64,000 nucleotides of DNA from Bradymonadia bacterium. GTDB lineage: Bacteria > Myxococcota_A > Bradymonadia > UBA7976 > UBA1532. Each line of letters opens with the position of its first letter. The first letter of the stretch is position 1. The position numbers were made by a program, and so were the translations under genes. The notes beneath the pieces are model-generated. The model searched no databases. It was given only the letters and a program-made list of their open reading frames with translations, and had not been told where the DNA came from. The stretch lies in the NCBI GenBank assembly GCA_046290225.1, contig JBKAGE010000036.1, forward strand, positions 386,979 to 450,978. Reading direction: 5' to 3'. Positions 9,507 to 19,816 of this stretch are shown piece after piece.

Positions 9507-12254
9507 ATGATCACGCCCGACGCACTCTATGTTCGACGTCCAGCAGACTTTCAGCTGCCCAATGCCCTGGGCAAAGGCAGGCTGTGCGCAGTGGTGGGCC
9601 CCCGACAGGTGGGCAAGTCCAGCCTGCTGAGCCGCTCGATGCAGACACTGCAGAGCAAGGGTCGTCGATGTGCCTTCGTCGATCTCGGCAGCCTCGGACA
9701 CTCGGAGACGTCTGAGCAAGACTGGTTCTACGGATTGTTGCTCGAGGTGGCGGGGCAACTCTCTCCAGAGACACCGCAGCGAGGGGCCGAGCTGTGGGCC
9801 GCAAACGAAGGCCTGAGCCCGATCCACCGCTGGACCAGAGCCCTCTGTGGTCCCTTGCTCGAAGGCGCTGAGGCTCCAGTCACTTTGTTCTTCGACAACC
9901 TCGACCCACAGCATCTACCGACGACGGCCCTCGATGGCCTGCTGTCCTCGATTCACAGCGTCTACGACGCGCGCTTGCGCCAGCCTGCGCTGCGACAGTT
10001 GAGCGTGGCCATCGCTGGGCCGACCTCGCCTCATCGCCTCGCCGCCACCGGGCACCCTGCCTTGCCTGAAGGGCTGGTGTTGTCCGTCGCCGACTTCACC
10101 GTGATGGACGCCCGTGAGCTCAAGGGCAGTCTCAGTGGCCTGGGTTTTGATCCCGAGAGCCTGCTCGATGCGATCATGGCCTGGACCGACGGCCACCCCA
10201 GCCTGACCATCAAGCTCTGCCGCGCTCTGCGCGAGGCACCTCCAGGCCTCGCAGCCTCGGCAGAAGAGTGGGTCGGTGAAGCCGTGCAGCGCACCTGCCT
10301 CGATGGCGGCCGAGAAGGCATTCCTGAGCTTGCAGAGGCCCGCCAGAGGCTGCTCGCCCCCCCTCACCCCCAACGTCGAGTGCAGGTCCTGCGGCAGCTG
10401 CTTCAGGGTGAGCCCCTGGTGTTCCAGAGCGGCGATGAGCCACAAGAGAGCCTGATCGAGGCCGGCCTGGTCAGTCAACGCCGCATCGGCGGCCAGCCTA
10501 TGCTGGTGGTCCGCAACCGCATCATCGCCACCTTGTGTGATCGTCCATGGCTCGACGGCCTCACACCAGGGGGTGTCGCTGTGGCTCGGTTCCCAGATGG
10601 GGAAGATGTCACCGATCCAAGCCTTGGTGAGGTATTCGACGGAACCGGCATCTCCGTCTTGCCTGCGACGGACACGCATGCAGAGCAGTCCGGCCCATCG
10701 ACATCGACACCGCCACCTGCCCCGAGCGCGGCTTTTGACGGCCCCGGAGAAAACCAGGGCTCCGATCTCTTGCCACCGCCCACCCCAGCACCCTCTGATG
10801 CGCTGGACGATCTCTCGGTCGAGGGTGCGCTCGACGAGATCACCCCCGCGGTCGTGCCAGACACCCCCGAGGTGAGTGCCCTGGGCAGCGCTGCGGTCAC
10901 GCCGCCCCAACCCATGGCGTCGGCCTCTCCAAGTGCGGATCCGCTCCAAAGCCCCGTGGGCTCATCCAGCCCTGCGGCCAGCCCACCGCCGAGCCCAGCC
11001 CTCGGCACGGCCCAACCACCCCCAAGCAGGCCATCGCCTGCGACGAAAGCGCCAGCCCCTGCCCGCTCCGAAGGTCGTAGCTGGTTGGGCTGGGCCGCAG
11101 CGGCGATCTTTGCCGGCGCGGTGGGGCTCGTGGCCTACACCCTGGGCAAGGGTCAGCAGGGTGACGAGGTGCAGCTCACTCAGCTGCGCACAGAAGTGGA
11201 CGAAGCACGGGCACAGGCGCAGCAGGCCAAAGCCGAAATGAACGCCCTCCGCGATCAGGCGACGGCATCGGAAAATCAGGCACAGAACGCAGCCGAGGCT
11301 GCAGCCTCTCTCGAGCAGCTCAAGGCTCAGCTCGCCGCCGCACGAAACGCCCGAGATGCTCTGCTCGAAGAGCGCAACGCAGCCCGCGAGAAGGTCAAGG
11401 CCACCGAGCAGGCCTTGCAGGCAGCTCAAACGGCCCAGGGAGAGCTGACACACACCACTGAGCAGATTCAGAGCCAGCTCGCCGAAGCTCAGGCACAGGC
11501 CAAAGCCGCTCAGCGACGGGCCGTGGCCGCTCAGGCTGCACCTCAGACAGGGGCATCACCTGCGCAGATGTCCAAGCTGAAGGCAGAAGCTGACGCCGCA
11601 CGGGCCGCCTCGAACAAGGCCCAAGCCCAGGCCAAGGCCCTCAACGCTCAGCTTCAGGCCGCTCAATCCGCTCAGGCAAAGGCGCAAGCCGAGGCCCTGA
11701 AGCGAGAGTCGGATCTCCAACGCGCCCTCGAAACTCAGAAGGCCGAGGCCGCACGCATTCAGGAAAAGCTGGCCAAAGCAGAGGCTGCCCTCGAAGGGCA
11801 GGCACCACGGACCGCCTCACGGCCCAAGCGCACAGTGCGGATCATCAAAACCAGCAATGCCACCGCCAGCCAGTCGCCCCCTGCCCCGAAGCCCAAGGCA
11901 CCGGTCAACAACACGGTCTCTGATGATGTGGCGCCTGTCGACACGGCCCCAGAGCCCACACCATCAGCGATCAAGGTCGTAGAGAAGGCGCCGGAGCCCG
12001 AAGCCCCCAAAGAGGAGGACTCTGCAAAGAAGGACACTGCAAAGGAGAACTCTGCAAAGAAGGATGTGGCTGAGCAGCCTCCTACAGCCCCAGAAGAGGC
12101 GGCGCCCGAGAAGGCACCTGTGGCCGAGGCACCCAAGCCCGCAGCCCCTGAGTCGGAGAGCCCGAAAACGGAGACGCCTCAGCCTGAAGCCAAGTCGGCG
12201 GCGCCTTCTGCAGATCTCAGCGGAGACGAGCTCGACTTCGAGTCGCCCTACTAG
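9507..12254 (+). CDS. AAA_35-like P-loop domain + Pro-rich linker + TM + coiled coil + low-complexity tail
   Basis: GPRQVGKSS Walker A, LFFDNLD Walker B, WTDGHPSLT; TM WLGWAAAAIFAGAVGLVAY; Ala/Gln coiled coil. Confidence 0.7.
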   Translation: MITPDALYVRRPADFQLPNALGKGRLCAVVGPRQVGKSSLLSRSMQTLQSKGRRCAFVDLGSLGHSETSEQDWFYGLLLEVAGQLSPETPQRGAELWAANEGLSPIHRWTRALCGPLLEGAEAPVTLFFDNLDPQHLPTTALDGLLSSIHSVYDARLRQPALRQLSVAIAGPTSPHRLAATGHPALPEGLVLSVADFTVMDARELKGSLSGLGFDPESLLDAIMAWTDGHPSLTIKLCRALREAPPGLAASAEEWVGEAVQRTCLDGGREGIPELAEARQRLLAPPHPQRRVQVLRQLLQGEPLVFQSGDEPQESLIEAGLVSQRRIGGQPMLVVRNRIIATLCDRPWLDGLTPGGVAVARFPDGEDVTDPSLGEVFDGTGISVLPATDTHAEQSGPSTSTPPPAPSAAFDGPGENQGSDLLPPPTPAPSDALDDLSVEGALDEITPAVVPDTPEVSALGSAAVTPPQPMASASPSADPLQSPVGSSSPAASPPPSPALGTAQPPPSRPSPATKAPAPARSEGRSWLGWAAAAIFAGAVGLVAYTLGKGQQGDEVQLTQLRTEVDEARAQAQQAKAEMNALRDQATASENQAQNAAEAAASLEQLKAQLAAARNARDALLEERNAAREKVKATEQALQAAQTAQGELTHTTEQIQSQLAEAQAQAKAAQRRAVAAQAAPQTGASPAQMSKLKAEADAARAASNKAQAQAKALNAQLQAAQSAQAKAQAEALKRESDLQRALETQKAEAARIQEKLAKAEAALEGQAPRTASRPKRTVRIIKTSNATASQSPPAPKPKAPVNNTVSDDVAPVDTAPEPTPSAIKVVEKAPEPEAPKEEDSAKKDTAKENSAKKDVAEQPPTAPEEAAPEKAPVAEAPKPAAPESESPKTETPQPEAKSAAPSADLSGDELDFESPY
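12018..12062 (+). repeat. Three 15-bp in-frame tandem repeats (DSAKK/DTAKE/NSAKK)
   Basis: gactctgcaaagaag gacactgcaaaggag aactctgcaaagaag. Confidence 0.8.
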
Positions 12255-12269
12255 GCCCAGTCTGGGCCT
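12253..12269. terminator. Possible hairpin between convergent genes
   Basis: AGGCCCAG-T-CTGGGCCT inverted repeat; no U-tract. Confidence 0.25.
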
Positions 12270-12275
12270 GGAGGG

Positions 12276-13712
12276 TCAGCCCACCTCTTCCGGCCGCACA
12301 TCATTGAGAATCACGCCCAACAAGCGCTCTCGACCGATTCGCTCGAGCGCACGCTCCACATCCCGCAAGTCAGTGAACTCTGCCCGCAAGACGAAGAGCA
12401 TGCCGTCGACCTTGTCGTAGATCACCAGAGCGTCGTCCTGCCCGAGCAACGGGGGGGCGTCGATGATGATGAGATCGAAGAGCTGCTGCAGATGATCAAG
12501 CATCACGTCGAACTGAGGTGAATTGAGCACCTGCAGGCTGATGTCGCTGCCGTGGCCAGCATGAAGGAAATAGAGGTTTCGATGTTCGAGCTTGCGCAGA
12601 GCCCGCTCGAGGGGCACATCTCCGCCGAGCACCTCCAAGATCCCCGGAGAGTTGCTCGGCATGCCCAGTCGACGGGCCACCGAGGGCTTCCTCAGGTGTA
12701 AATCAACGACCGCGATTTTGAGCCAGGGGTTCTCGCTCATCACCACCGCGAGGTTCATCGCGGTGGTGGTCCGGCCTTCTTGTGAACAGGTGCTCGTCAC
12801 CGCGATGGTGCGATAGTTCAGACGATCGACGGCCTGCTCGAGGTTGCGCTTCAAAATGCGGAACTGAGTCAGGAAGGGGCCATCGGGCTCAGCGAGGGCC
12901 ACCACCCGCTCGGCCACCTGGTGCACCGGCAACTCCATGATGGAGCCGTGCGTCTGCCCCACAGGGACGATCTCGTGCACGGTCTCGTTGACCATGTCTT
13001 CGTCACGTGTGCTGACCATGGGCCCCCGCTCGTCTCTGGTGACGAGTGGAGGGAGCTCGGAGCGCATCGACTCGATGAACGGCAGCGTGGCCTTCTCATC
13101 ATCTTGCTCGGGTGTCACCACCACAGGTTGATCCGATGACACCACCACAGGCTGGTGGGGCATATGGGGGACCGGGGTCCCCTGTGGATCGGGTTGCATC
13201 CTGACCTCTCCCTCTGGCGTCAAGCTCGTCAACATGTCGGTCCGGGGCACTCTCGGCCCTGGGCCCTGTCTCGGGATCGGCGTGATGATCACATCATCCA
13301 CCGTCACTGGGTTGAATGGCTCCAGCGCCTCGACTCGCTCGTCTTCTGGCACCTCGAACATGTCGCCATTGAGTGCCCTGATCGCCTGAGGGTTCGAGAG
13401 GTCTCCATCTACAGTGGAGGCCACAGGATCCACAGAGTCGTCCGCAGGGGGTGATCCGTCGACATCGAGCAAGGTGATCATATCGCGTACGGGATCGGGA
13501 CCGCTTTCAGGTACAGGTCTGCCCTGACCCTGCTCGGCCTGAGTCCTCGACGCTGACTGGCTCTGCTCAACACCCGCAGTGGACCCCTCGGAGGTCGCGC
13601 CTGGGGGCGGAGCATCTTTCTCCCTCATCCAGTCTCTCCAGCGAGCCGCAGGGTGCTCGCGTGTTGCAGCATGGCGTGCTTCCGGTGACAGAGCCCGAAT
13701 ACACGCCATCAA
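12276..13712 (-). CDS. CpsD/CapB (BY-kinase/MinD-like) domain protein with long disordered N-terminus; start uncertain
   Basis: FRILKRNL, IAVTSTCSQEGRTTTAMNLA, VVDLHLRKP, FDLIIIDAPP, LLGVILN. Confidence 0.75.
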   Translation of the reverse strand: MMACIRALSPEARHAATREHPAARWRDWMREKDAPPPGATSEGSTAGVEQSQSASRTQAEQGQGRPVPESGPDPVRDMITLLDVDGSPPADDSVDPVASTVDGDLSNPQAIRALNGDMFEVPEDERVEALEPFNPVTVDDVIITPIPRQGPGPRVPRTDMLTSLTPEGEVRMQPDPQGTPVPHMPHQPVVVSSDQPVVVTPEQDDEKATLPFIESMRSELPPLVTRDERGPMVSTRDEDMVNETVHEIVPVGQTHGSIMELPVHQVAERVVALAEPDGPFLTQFRILKRNLEQAVDRLNYRTIAVTSTCSQEGRTTTAMNLAVVMSENPWLKIAVVDLHLRKPSVARRLGMPSNSPGILEVLGGDVPLERALRKLEHRNLYFLHAGHGSDISLQVLNSPQFDVMLDHLQQLFDLIIIDAPPLLGQDDALVIYDKVDGMLFVLRAEFTDLRDVERALERIGRERLLGVILNDVRPEEVG

Positions 13713-13819
13713 AAAGTCGCTGCCCAGAGATGCCTCGCGTACACGATTTGTCTCTGCTCACCTCGCTGGCGGCGAGATTGGTGGGATGAGGGTCGTTCGT
13801 CAAGGAGGATACCCCGCGC

Positions 13820-13847
13820 TTGACACCTACATGGTAGCCATTACACT
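13820..13847 (+). promoter_or_regulatory. Putative sigma-70 promoter for the 13908 gene
   Basis: TTGACA (13820-25), 16 nt, TACACT (13842-47) in an AT-richer intergenic patch. Confidence 0.55.
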
Positions 13848-13858
13848 TACATAGACAT

Positions 13859-13879
13859 CGTGACGAATTTTCTGTCACG
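13859..13879. promoter_or_regulatory. Putative operator palindrome
   Basis: CGTGAC-GAATTTTCT-GTCACG just downstream of the predicted +1. Confidence 0.4.
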
Positions 13880-13907
13880 GTCTTCTGACTGTTCGCGAGG
13901 GAAGCCC

Positions 13908-14678
13908 ATGAGCGACTCCAACACCGCAGTTCATCACGTGCCATTCTCACGGCTCACCCTCTTCGGTGTGCTGTGCACCTTCGGCGCACTGGCATCGCCA
14001 GTTTCCGCGGCACCTGCACTGTGTATCGAAGGATTCGACACAAATGCCCCCCACCTTGAGCAGCGGCAGCAGGTGGTCTCTCACGATGTCGCCCCCGAAG
14101 GTCTGACCCTCAGCGAAGGTTGGACCCCCCAGTGGCAGTCGGTGAGTGCCCTGTGTGGCATTTCGTGGGCTGACACCTGCACCCCCCGTGAGCAGTTGAT
14201 CACGGCCATCACCGATGTGTCGTCTTCTGATCCCACAGAGAAGGTGAGCGGCCGGCCCGGGGTGTTCACCTCTGATCGCATCCTGGTGGACGACGATGGC
14301 TTCATCGTCGACCTCAACGCCGCCCACGGGGCCCGAACCTACACCTTCACGATCACCGCCCTCGACGCCTCGGGCAACCGCGCTGAAACGACGTGTGATG
14401 TACACCTCGAGTCCCTCGTGCTCCACAGCGCCACGCCCACAGCTGGGGGGCTGCAGGTGGTGTACTCGAAGTCTTTCGATGCCTGTGTGACGGTCGAGCA
14501 TGGGATGTCCGGGCCACGAGGCCCGGCGTTGTGCGCATCGGGCGAGCGCGTCACCGCTCTGGTGTCTCTGCCTGGCGAAGGTGCAGTGAAGCTCTGTCAT
14601 CAAGGCGATCGGCGCGCCTGCTCGGCGGAGGTCCCTCGCGCCCCCACCATGGCCCTGGCTCTGCCCCGCCAGCCCTGA
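13908..14678 (+). CDS. Secreted hypothetical protein with Ig/HYR-like segment and paired cysteines
   Basis: Signal peptide ending VSA; RTYTFTITALDASGN; SD GAGGG. Confidence 0.6.
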   Translation: MSDSNTAVHHVPFSRLTLFGVLCTFGALASPVSAAPALCIEGFDTNAPHLEQRQQVVSHDVAPEGLTLSEGWTPQWQSVSALCGISWADTCTPREQLITAITDVSSSDPTEKVSGRPGVFTSDRILVDDDGFIVDLNAAHGARTYTFTITALDASGNRAETTCDVHLESLVLHSATPTAGGLQVVYSKSFDACVTVEHGMSGPRGPALCASGERVTALVSLPGEGAVKLCHQGDRRACSAEVPRAPTMALALPRQP

Positions 14679-14711
14679 GGCCTGCTCAACGGCCGCGTTC
14701 CATTCCAACGC

Positions 14712-16196
14712 TCAATCTCGATGCAGCCAGAGCAGCCCGGCCCCCGTGTCGAGATCTCCGCCGTCACCCACCCACTCCTGCCAACGCTCGTCGCTGGGGA
14801 ATGCCAGCTCGGCATTCATGTAGGTCACGTAGGCTGAGGTTCGGCCGTTGTTGAGCAGATAGCCTGATCGGAAGCGGGTGATGTACCGCTTGTAGACATT
14901 GAAGTACTCCACCGGCCCTGCGAGCCCACGGCCTGCGGAGTCGAAGGTCATGTAGTACGAGTCGTTGCCCCAGGCGTGATGCACCATGATCTCGTCGCCC
15001 CCGCCATTGGCGATGGTTTCGAGTTCGTGATCCACCTGAACGAAAATCACCGGATCACCATCCATGGGCAGCCGCCAGAGCTTGTGACGACCCGCCCGGC
15101 CCGCGATGACGTGGCCCTCGTCATCGAGGGCGAAGCCCACGCTCACCTTGCGGTTGTTGAAGTCGGACCCATCTTCGGGCAGTTGCAGAGAGCCGAGATA
15201 TTCGCCCTCGAGGTTCCACTGCGGAATCATCCCATAGGCGACGTTGTCCCCGAGCAGCACTCCACGGTTGGCGTCCCAGATCAGATGGAACGGACCATAG
15301 TTGTACATGTTGTCGTAGAGGGGGTTGCCCTCGAAGTCGGTCATGGTGAAGTCCGTGAGGCGCCGACCATCTGGCCCCAACCGGATGACCTCGGCAGGCT
15401 GCTCGTTGCTGCCCCGACCGCTCACCACGAACCCGCCCCCCTGTGATTCGGGGAGGGCGATGATGTCGTGCACACCGTTCTCGGTCCCCTGGGCAAAGCG
15501 CCCGAGCCGACGCCCGTCGCTGCCATAGGCGAGGATGGCGCCAGTGCGCCCGTCACCGATGAGGACGTCGCCCCAAACGGGTATCTGAACCTCGACCCGG
15601 CCCGCACACGTGCCATCAGGGCGCAGGCCTTCCACCTGCACGGTGACCGGGCCCGTCCACCAGGGCCACTGCAGATCGCTGCCTGGGGTGTACCGAACGG
15701 TGTCACCTACAGACGTGAGGGTGCCGCCCTCCACCGCTTCGGCGACGAGCTCGAGGGTCTCGACGCCGTCAGCGCTCAGGGTGATGACCTGCCCACGATC
15801 GATGGGGCCCTCTGCATCGAGACGTACCTGAAATTCAGCAACCTCCGGGCAATCCACGAGGCCACCACCAACGCCGCCCATGCCACCACCACCGGCCTCG
15901 CCTCCAGCACCGGCGACACCGCCGCCCATACCCCCAGCGCCACCGCCAGCGCCTCCTCCCCCACCATCACCGGCGCCTCCGCCAGCGCCACCGGCGACGC
16001 CTCCACCAGCGCCACCAGCGATGCCGCCTCCAGCGCCTCCGCCACCACCGGCGACCGAAGCATCTGCAGCGCCTGCGGCGCCTCCGGAGCCAGCATCTGG
16101 GGCATCTCCAGCATCACTGACTTCCTGGCAACCCAGGAGGGCAGCCAGCGCACTCGTCATCATCAAAGGCGTGAAGGAGAGAGATCGAATCTTCAT
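14712..16196 (-). CDS. Lipoprotein with Gly-rich linker and probable beta-propeller
   Basis: LAALLGC lipobox; GGAGG repeats (about 15880-16090); beta-rich C-terminal half. Confidence 0.7.
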   Translation of the reverse strand: MKIRSLSFTPLMMTSALAALLGCQEVSDAGDAPDAGSGGAAGAADASVAGGGGGAGGGIAGGAGGGVAGGAGGGAGDGGGGGAGGGAGGMGGGVAGAGGEAGGGGMGGVGGGLVDCPEVAEFQVRLDAEGPIDRGQVITLSADGVETLELVAEAVEGGTLTSVGDTVRYTPGSDLQWPWWTGPVTVQVEGLRPDGTCAGRVEVQIPVWGDVLIGDGRTGAILAYGSDGRRLGRFAQGTENGVHDIIALPESQGGGFVVSGRGSNEQPAEVIRLGPDGRRLTDFTMTDFEGNPLYDNMYNYGPFHLIWDANRGVLLGDNVAYGMIPQWNLEGEYLGSLQLPEDGSDFNNRKVSVGFALDDEGHVIAGRAGRHKLWRLPMDGDPVIFVQVDHELETIANGGGDEIMVHHAWGNDSYYMTFDSAGRGLAGPVEYFNVYKRYITRFRSGYLLNNGRTSAYVTYMNAELAFPSDERWQEWVGDGGDLDTGAGLLWLHRD

Positions 16197-16254
16197 GGGG
16201 CACCTCGGCGTTCTGGAGGCACCTTAGCGGCTGATCTCGCCGCCGCAACTCCGC

Positions 16255-19200
16255 TCAGCGCCCTCCGATGATCAGGACATTGATCGCGGTCACTTGATCA
16301 GGGCGCTCGAGACGAGCCCATTGCGCCCGGGAAAGCTCCAGGGCCCGCAGTCCTCGAACTCGATCTCCACGCTCCAGTGCCTTGGCCCCGGCGATCAACG
16401 CCATTCGGGCGGCATCGACATCGGCGAGTGCTGTGGCCTCAAGCGCAGCCTCGGCGATGGTGAGGTGGGCGTCGAAAATCTCGGGGGCGTCGAGCAAACA
16501 CGGCAGGAGGCAGATGCGCAGGGCCGCAGTGTACTGGGCTCGCCCCTGGGCGCTGAACGCCTCGAGGGCGGCCTCGAGCAGCGGCCGGGCTTCGGCGTAC
16601 GCCGCGCGCTCGATGAGGGCCAGAGCGAGGTTGGCCTGAGGGAACACGGCGTTTCCGGAGCCCACCTCCTCGTAGCGTGTCCAGGCGAGCCGGTAGCACG
16701 CCTCGGCCTCGTCCATCTGCCCCATCAACCGCGCCAGCTCTCCCCGCTGATTGAGGCAGGCCGCTTGCCCCGCCCTGAAACCCGCGAGGGCGAACTGATG
16801 CTCTGCAGACTGAAGCCACTGCGCGGCAGCCTGATAGTTGTTGCCCCGCTTCTCCACTCGGCTCAGCCCCACCATGCACCGACCGACGGCCTGGATGTCT
16901 TCGCCGCGCTGCCCGCCTTGCAACGCTGCGCTGAACTTCACCGCGGCCTCTTCGGTCCGACCCTGGCCGAGGAGCACCCAGGCGAGCTCTTCGAGACACT
17001 TGGGTGATTTTGTCCCGTGGGCCAGGGCCGCTTCGAGCCAGCGCTCGGCACCCGGCAGATCGCCTCGATCTTTTGCCAGAGAGCCAAGCGTCAGCAGCAG
17101 ATCCACGCGCCGAGCAGACCAGGCAGGATCGTCGAGCCACGCTTCGATGGACTTCGCCCACACTTCGGCCTCATCGAGCCGGCCGAGCATGCGCAGCCAG
17201 TCGCAGCGCAGCGCCCACCCCTCGGCGAAGCGAGGATCCCCCTCGCCCAGAGCGGCACGTTGGGCGCCGAGGAACCATCCGTCGATGAGGCGCTCAGCCT
17301 CTCGGTAGGCGCTGACGCTCAGGTGGGCCCGGGCCCCTTCGGCCAGGGGCGTCAGCGCTGGGCGCCAACGGCCTGCGGCGAGCAGGTGCAGCCCCTGACG
17401 ACCCCGAAAGTGCCGCCCGGTGAGGGGCGCGAGCATCTGGGCACAGGCGGCATGTAGGGCAGGCAGCCGCCCTCGTCTGCGGGCGCGGGCTTCGAGGCTC
17501 TCTCGCAACATTCCGTGCACAAAAGCCCACCCTTCTCCCTCTTCAGGCTGGGCTAGGCCCTCTTCGACGAGTGTCTCCACCAAATCAGCGCTCGGGTGCA
17601 CTTCGAGGTGGGCCAGAGCAGAAGACCACTCTCCAGGCTCTACGATGCGACCGAGTACTGCCGCCAGCTCCAGCGCCTCGCCATCTGCAGTGGCCCGCCC
17701 CTCGAGCAGCCGGTTGATGCGGGTTGCCCAGACCTCCTGCACGTCGGAGGGCAGCGCGATGTCGGCGCCCTGGCGCAGGGCGTAGCCGTCGGGGCCCGGG
17801 ACGAGGAGCCCTCGGCGGACCCAGTCGCCGATCAGCTGCACTGCGAAGAGCGGGTTGCCCTCAGTGCGCTCGTCGAGGGCATCGATGAGCTGGCCTTCGA
17901 GGCCCAGCAATGCCGTGAGCAGCGCCGACCGCGCGTGAGACTCGAGGGCCCCCACGGAGATGGTGCGAGACATGGTGCGCTCGGCGAGGGTGCGGATCAT
18001 TTCCGCAGCCCGTGGGCGATCGTGCAGAGCATCGGTCCGCGCTGTGGCCACCACCAGCACAGGGCATCGCCCCTCGGCGCGATGTTGCCAACGATTGAGC
18101 AAGTGCTCGATCCACCCCAGTGCGTCGACACCCCACTGCACATCGTCGAGCCAGACCACCACCGGGCGCTGAGCGGCCATGGCTTCGACCCAACGCTCGA
18201 GGGCCGCCCACCCTTCTTGTGGGCTCGCGAGCCGTACGCCTTGTGCAGCCGCTTCACCCGGCAGCATCAGCGCCCCCACTGAGAGCCACTGCCGGGGCTC
18301 GACGAGGCCAAGGGCCCGGCTGCAGGCCTCCAGGCGGGAGAAAGCTTCCAGAGGCGCCAGGCCTTGGAGTCTGGCGTACCGGGCCACCATGGCCCCCAGG
18401 CCATGACGACGACCTCTCAAGGGACCGTGAGAGGCCTTGAGCGTCGTCGCCGCGCCACAGTGATGGCTCGCCTCACACAACCACTCTGCGAGTCGGCTCT
18501 TGCCATAGCCCGAAGCCCCTTCGAGGAGCACCAGCCGCGGCCGCCCTTCTTCGGCCACCTGCTTCAGGGTGGACCACAACGCGTCTCGCTCCTCGGCCCT
18601 GCCGATGACCGGCAACGCCCGGAATGGGTACAACGCCATCCCCACCCCTCTCGGGGTAATGGAGGGCGCCTCGATCATCAACGATCGCCAGTCCGACGGC
18701 ATCGGGGGCCTCGGCATCGGGGGCCCCGACATCGGGCGGTGCTCTCCCACCTCTGGAGGCAGGGTTTCGGCCACGAGGTGCGAAACGCGTGTGCGCTCAA
18801 CCTCGGTGTCGCCCCCTGAGATGGGGATATCCACTGTGGGTGCCGTGGCCAGCACACCAGGGGTGAGATCGGGGGCGCTCTCGAAGGCGCCCACGGGTAC
18901 GAGAGCGTCGCCAAGCACGTTGAGGGCAAAGGCGGCGTCGGCCGCTCGGCGAAAACGGCCGTGCAGGCTGCGACACATCATCTGCCGCACCCAAAGCTCG
19001 AGACCCTCGGGGACTGGTCTCACCGGGTGCCAGGGGGGCAAGGGATCGGTGAGATGTGCCACCATGACGTCCACTGGCGTCTGCCCGGTGAACGGCGGCC
19101 GACCACACACCAGCTCGTAGGCCATGCAGCCCAGGGCGTAGAGATCAGTCCATGGGCCAAAATCCCTCACCTGCCCTTGAATCTGCTCTGGCGCCATGTA

Positions 19201-19758
19201 GGCCGGGGTACCCTGAACCGTGCCTGTGGAGAGGCGATCGCTCACCTCGTCTTCGATGGCCTGGGCCAGCCCGAAGTCGGTGAGCTTGATCGTCTGTACG
19301 CTGCCCCCCCACAGCACGTTCTCCGGCTTGAGATCGCGATGGATCAATCCTCGGGCGTGGGCGTGAGCGAGGGCATCGAGCAGGCTGAGGAGCAGCCCCT
19401 TGATCTCTGGCCAGCCTGCCTGGGCCATGTGGCCTCTGATGGGGCCACCCTCCACCCACTCCATCACCAGGAACGGGCGCCCACCCTGGAGTGGCCCCAC
19501 GCCTCGGTGAGGCAGACGACCATAGTCGTAAATCTGCACCACGCCCGGGTGGCCGAGACCTGCCATGGCCCGGACCTCGCCCTGAAAGTCTCTCATGAAG
19601 CGCTGGTGCCCGACCCGGGGCAGGTTGAGCACTTTCACTGCCACTGGAAGCTGTTGCGGGCCATGGTGGCCGCGCCAGACCTCACCCATGCCCCCTTCAC
19701 CGATGCGGTGGTGCAGTTCGAATGGGCCCAGGCTCAGGGTGGTGAAGGTGTCAGACAT
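16255..19758 (-). CDS. Hanks-type Ser/Thr kinase + AAA ATPase + TPR protein
   Basis: IGEGGMGEV, VAVK, HRDLKPEN, DFG, APE; GASGYGKS; VVWLDD; GNPLFA; helical repeats. Confidence 0.92.
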   Translation of the reverse strand: MSDTFTTLSLGPFELHHRIGEGGMGEVWRGHHGPQQLPVAVKVLNLPRVGHQRFMRDFQGEVRAMAGLGHPGVVQIYDYGRLPHRGVGPLQGGRPFLVMEWVEGGPIRGHMAQAGWPEIKGLLLSLLDALAHAHARGLIHRDLKPENVLWGGSVQTIKLTDFGLAQAIEDEVSDRLSTGTVQGTPAYMAPEQIQGQVRDFGPWTDLYALGCMAYELVCGRPPFTGQTPVDVMVAHLTDPLPPWHPVRPVPEGLELWVRQMMCRSLHGRFRRAADAAFALNVLGDALVPVGAFESAPDLTPGVLATAPTVDIPISGGDTEVERTRVSHLVAETLPPEVGEHRPMSGPPMPRPPMPSDWRSLMIEAPSITPRGVGMALYPFRALPVIGRAEERDALWSTLKQVAEEGRPRLVLLEGASGYGKSRLAEWLCEASHHCGAATTLKASHGPLRGRRHGLGAMVARYARLQGLAPLEAFSRLEACSRALGLVEPRQWLSVGALMLPGEAAAQGVRLASPQEGWAALERWVEAMAAQRPVVVWLDDVQWGVDALGWIEHLLNRWQHRAEGRCPVLVVATARTDALHDRPRAAEMIRTLAERTMSRTISVGALESHARSALLTALLGLEGQLIDALDERTEGNPLFAVQLIGDWVRRGLLVPGPDGYALRQGADIALPSDVQEVWATRINRLLEGRATADGEALELAAVLGRIVEPGEWSSALAHLEVHPSADLVETLVEEGLAQPEEGEGWAFVHGMLRESLEARARRRGRLPALHAACAQMLAPLTGRHFRGRQGLHLLAAGRWRPALTPLAEGARAHLSVSAYREAERLIDGWFLGAQRAALGEGDPRFAEGWALRCDWLRMLGRLDEAEVWAKSIEAWLDDPAWSARRVDLLLTLGSLAKDRGDLPGAERWLEAALAHGTKSPKCLEELAWVLLGQGRTEEAAVKFSAALQGGQRGEDIQAVGRCMVGLSRVEKRGNNYQAAAQWLQSAEHQFALAGFRAGQAACLNQRGELARLMGQMDEAEACYRLAWTRYEEVGSGNAVFPQANLALALIERAAYAEARPLLEAALEAFSAQGRAQYTAALRICLLPCLLDAPEIFDAHLTIAEAALEATALADVDAARMALIAGAKALERGDRVRGLRALELSRAQWARLERPDQVTAINVLIIGGR

Positions 19759-19816
19759 CCAACCGAGAATAGCAGCAGTTTAGAGTGCAGCGCCTTGATT
19801 CACGCGCTGCAGGCCT

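Noticed and set aside
15880..16090. Pro-rich ORF 15880-16227 (+)
   Set aside because: Reverse complement of the Gly-rich linker of the minus-strand lipoprotein
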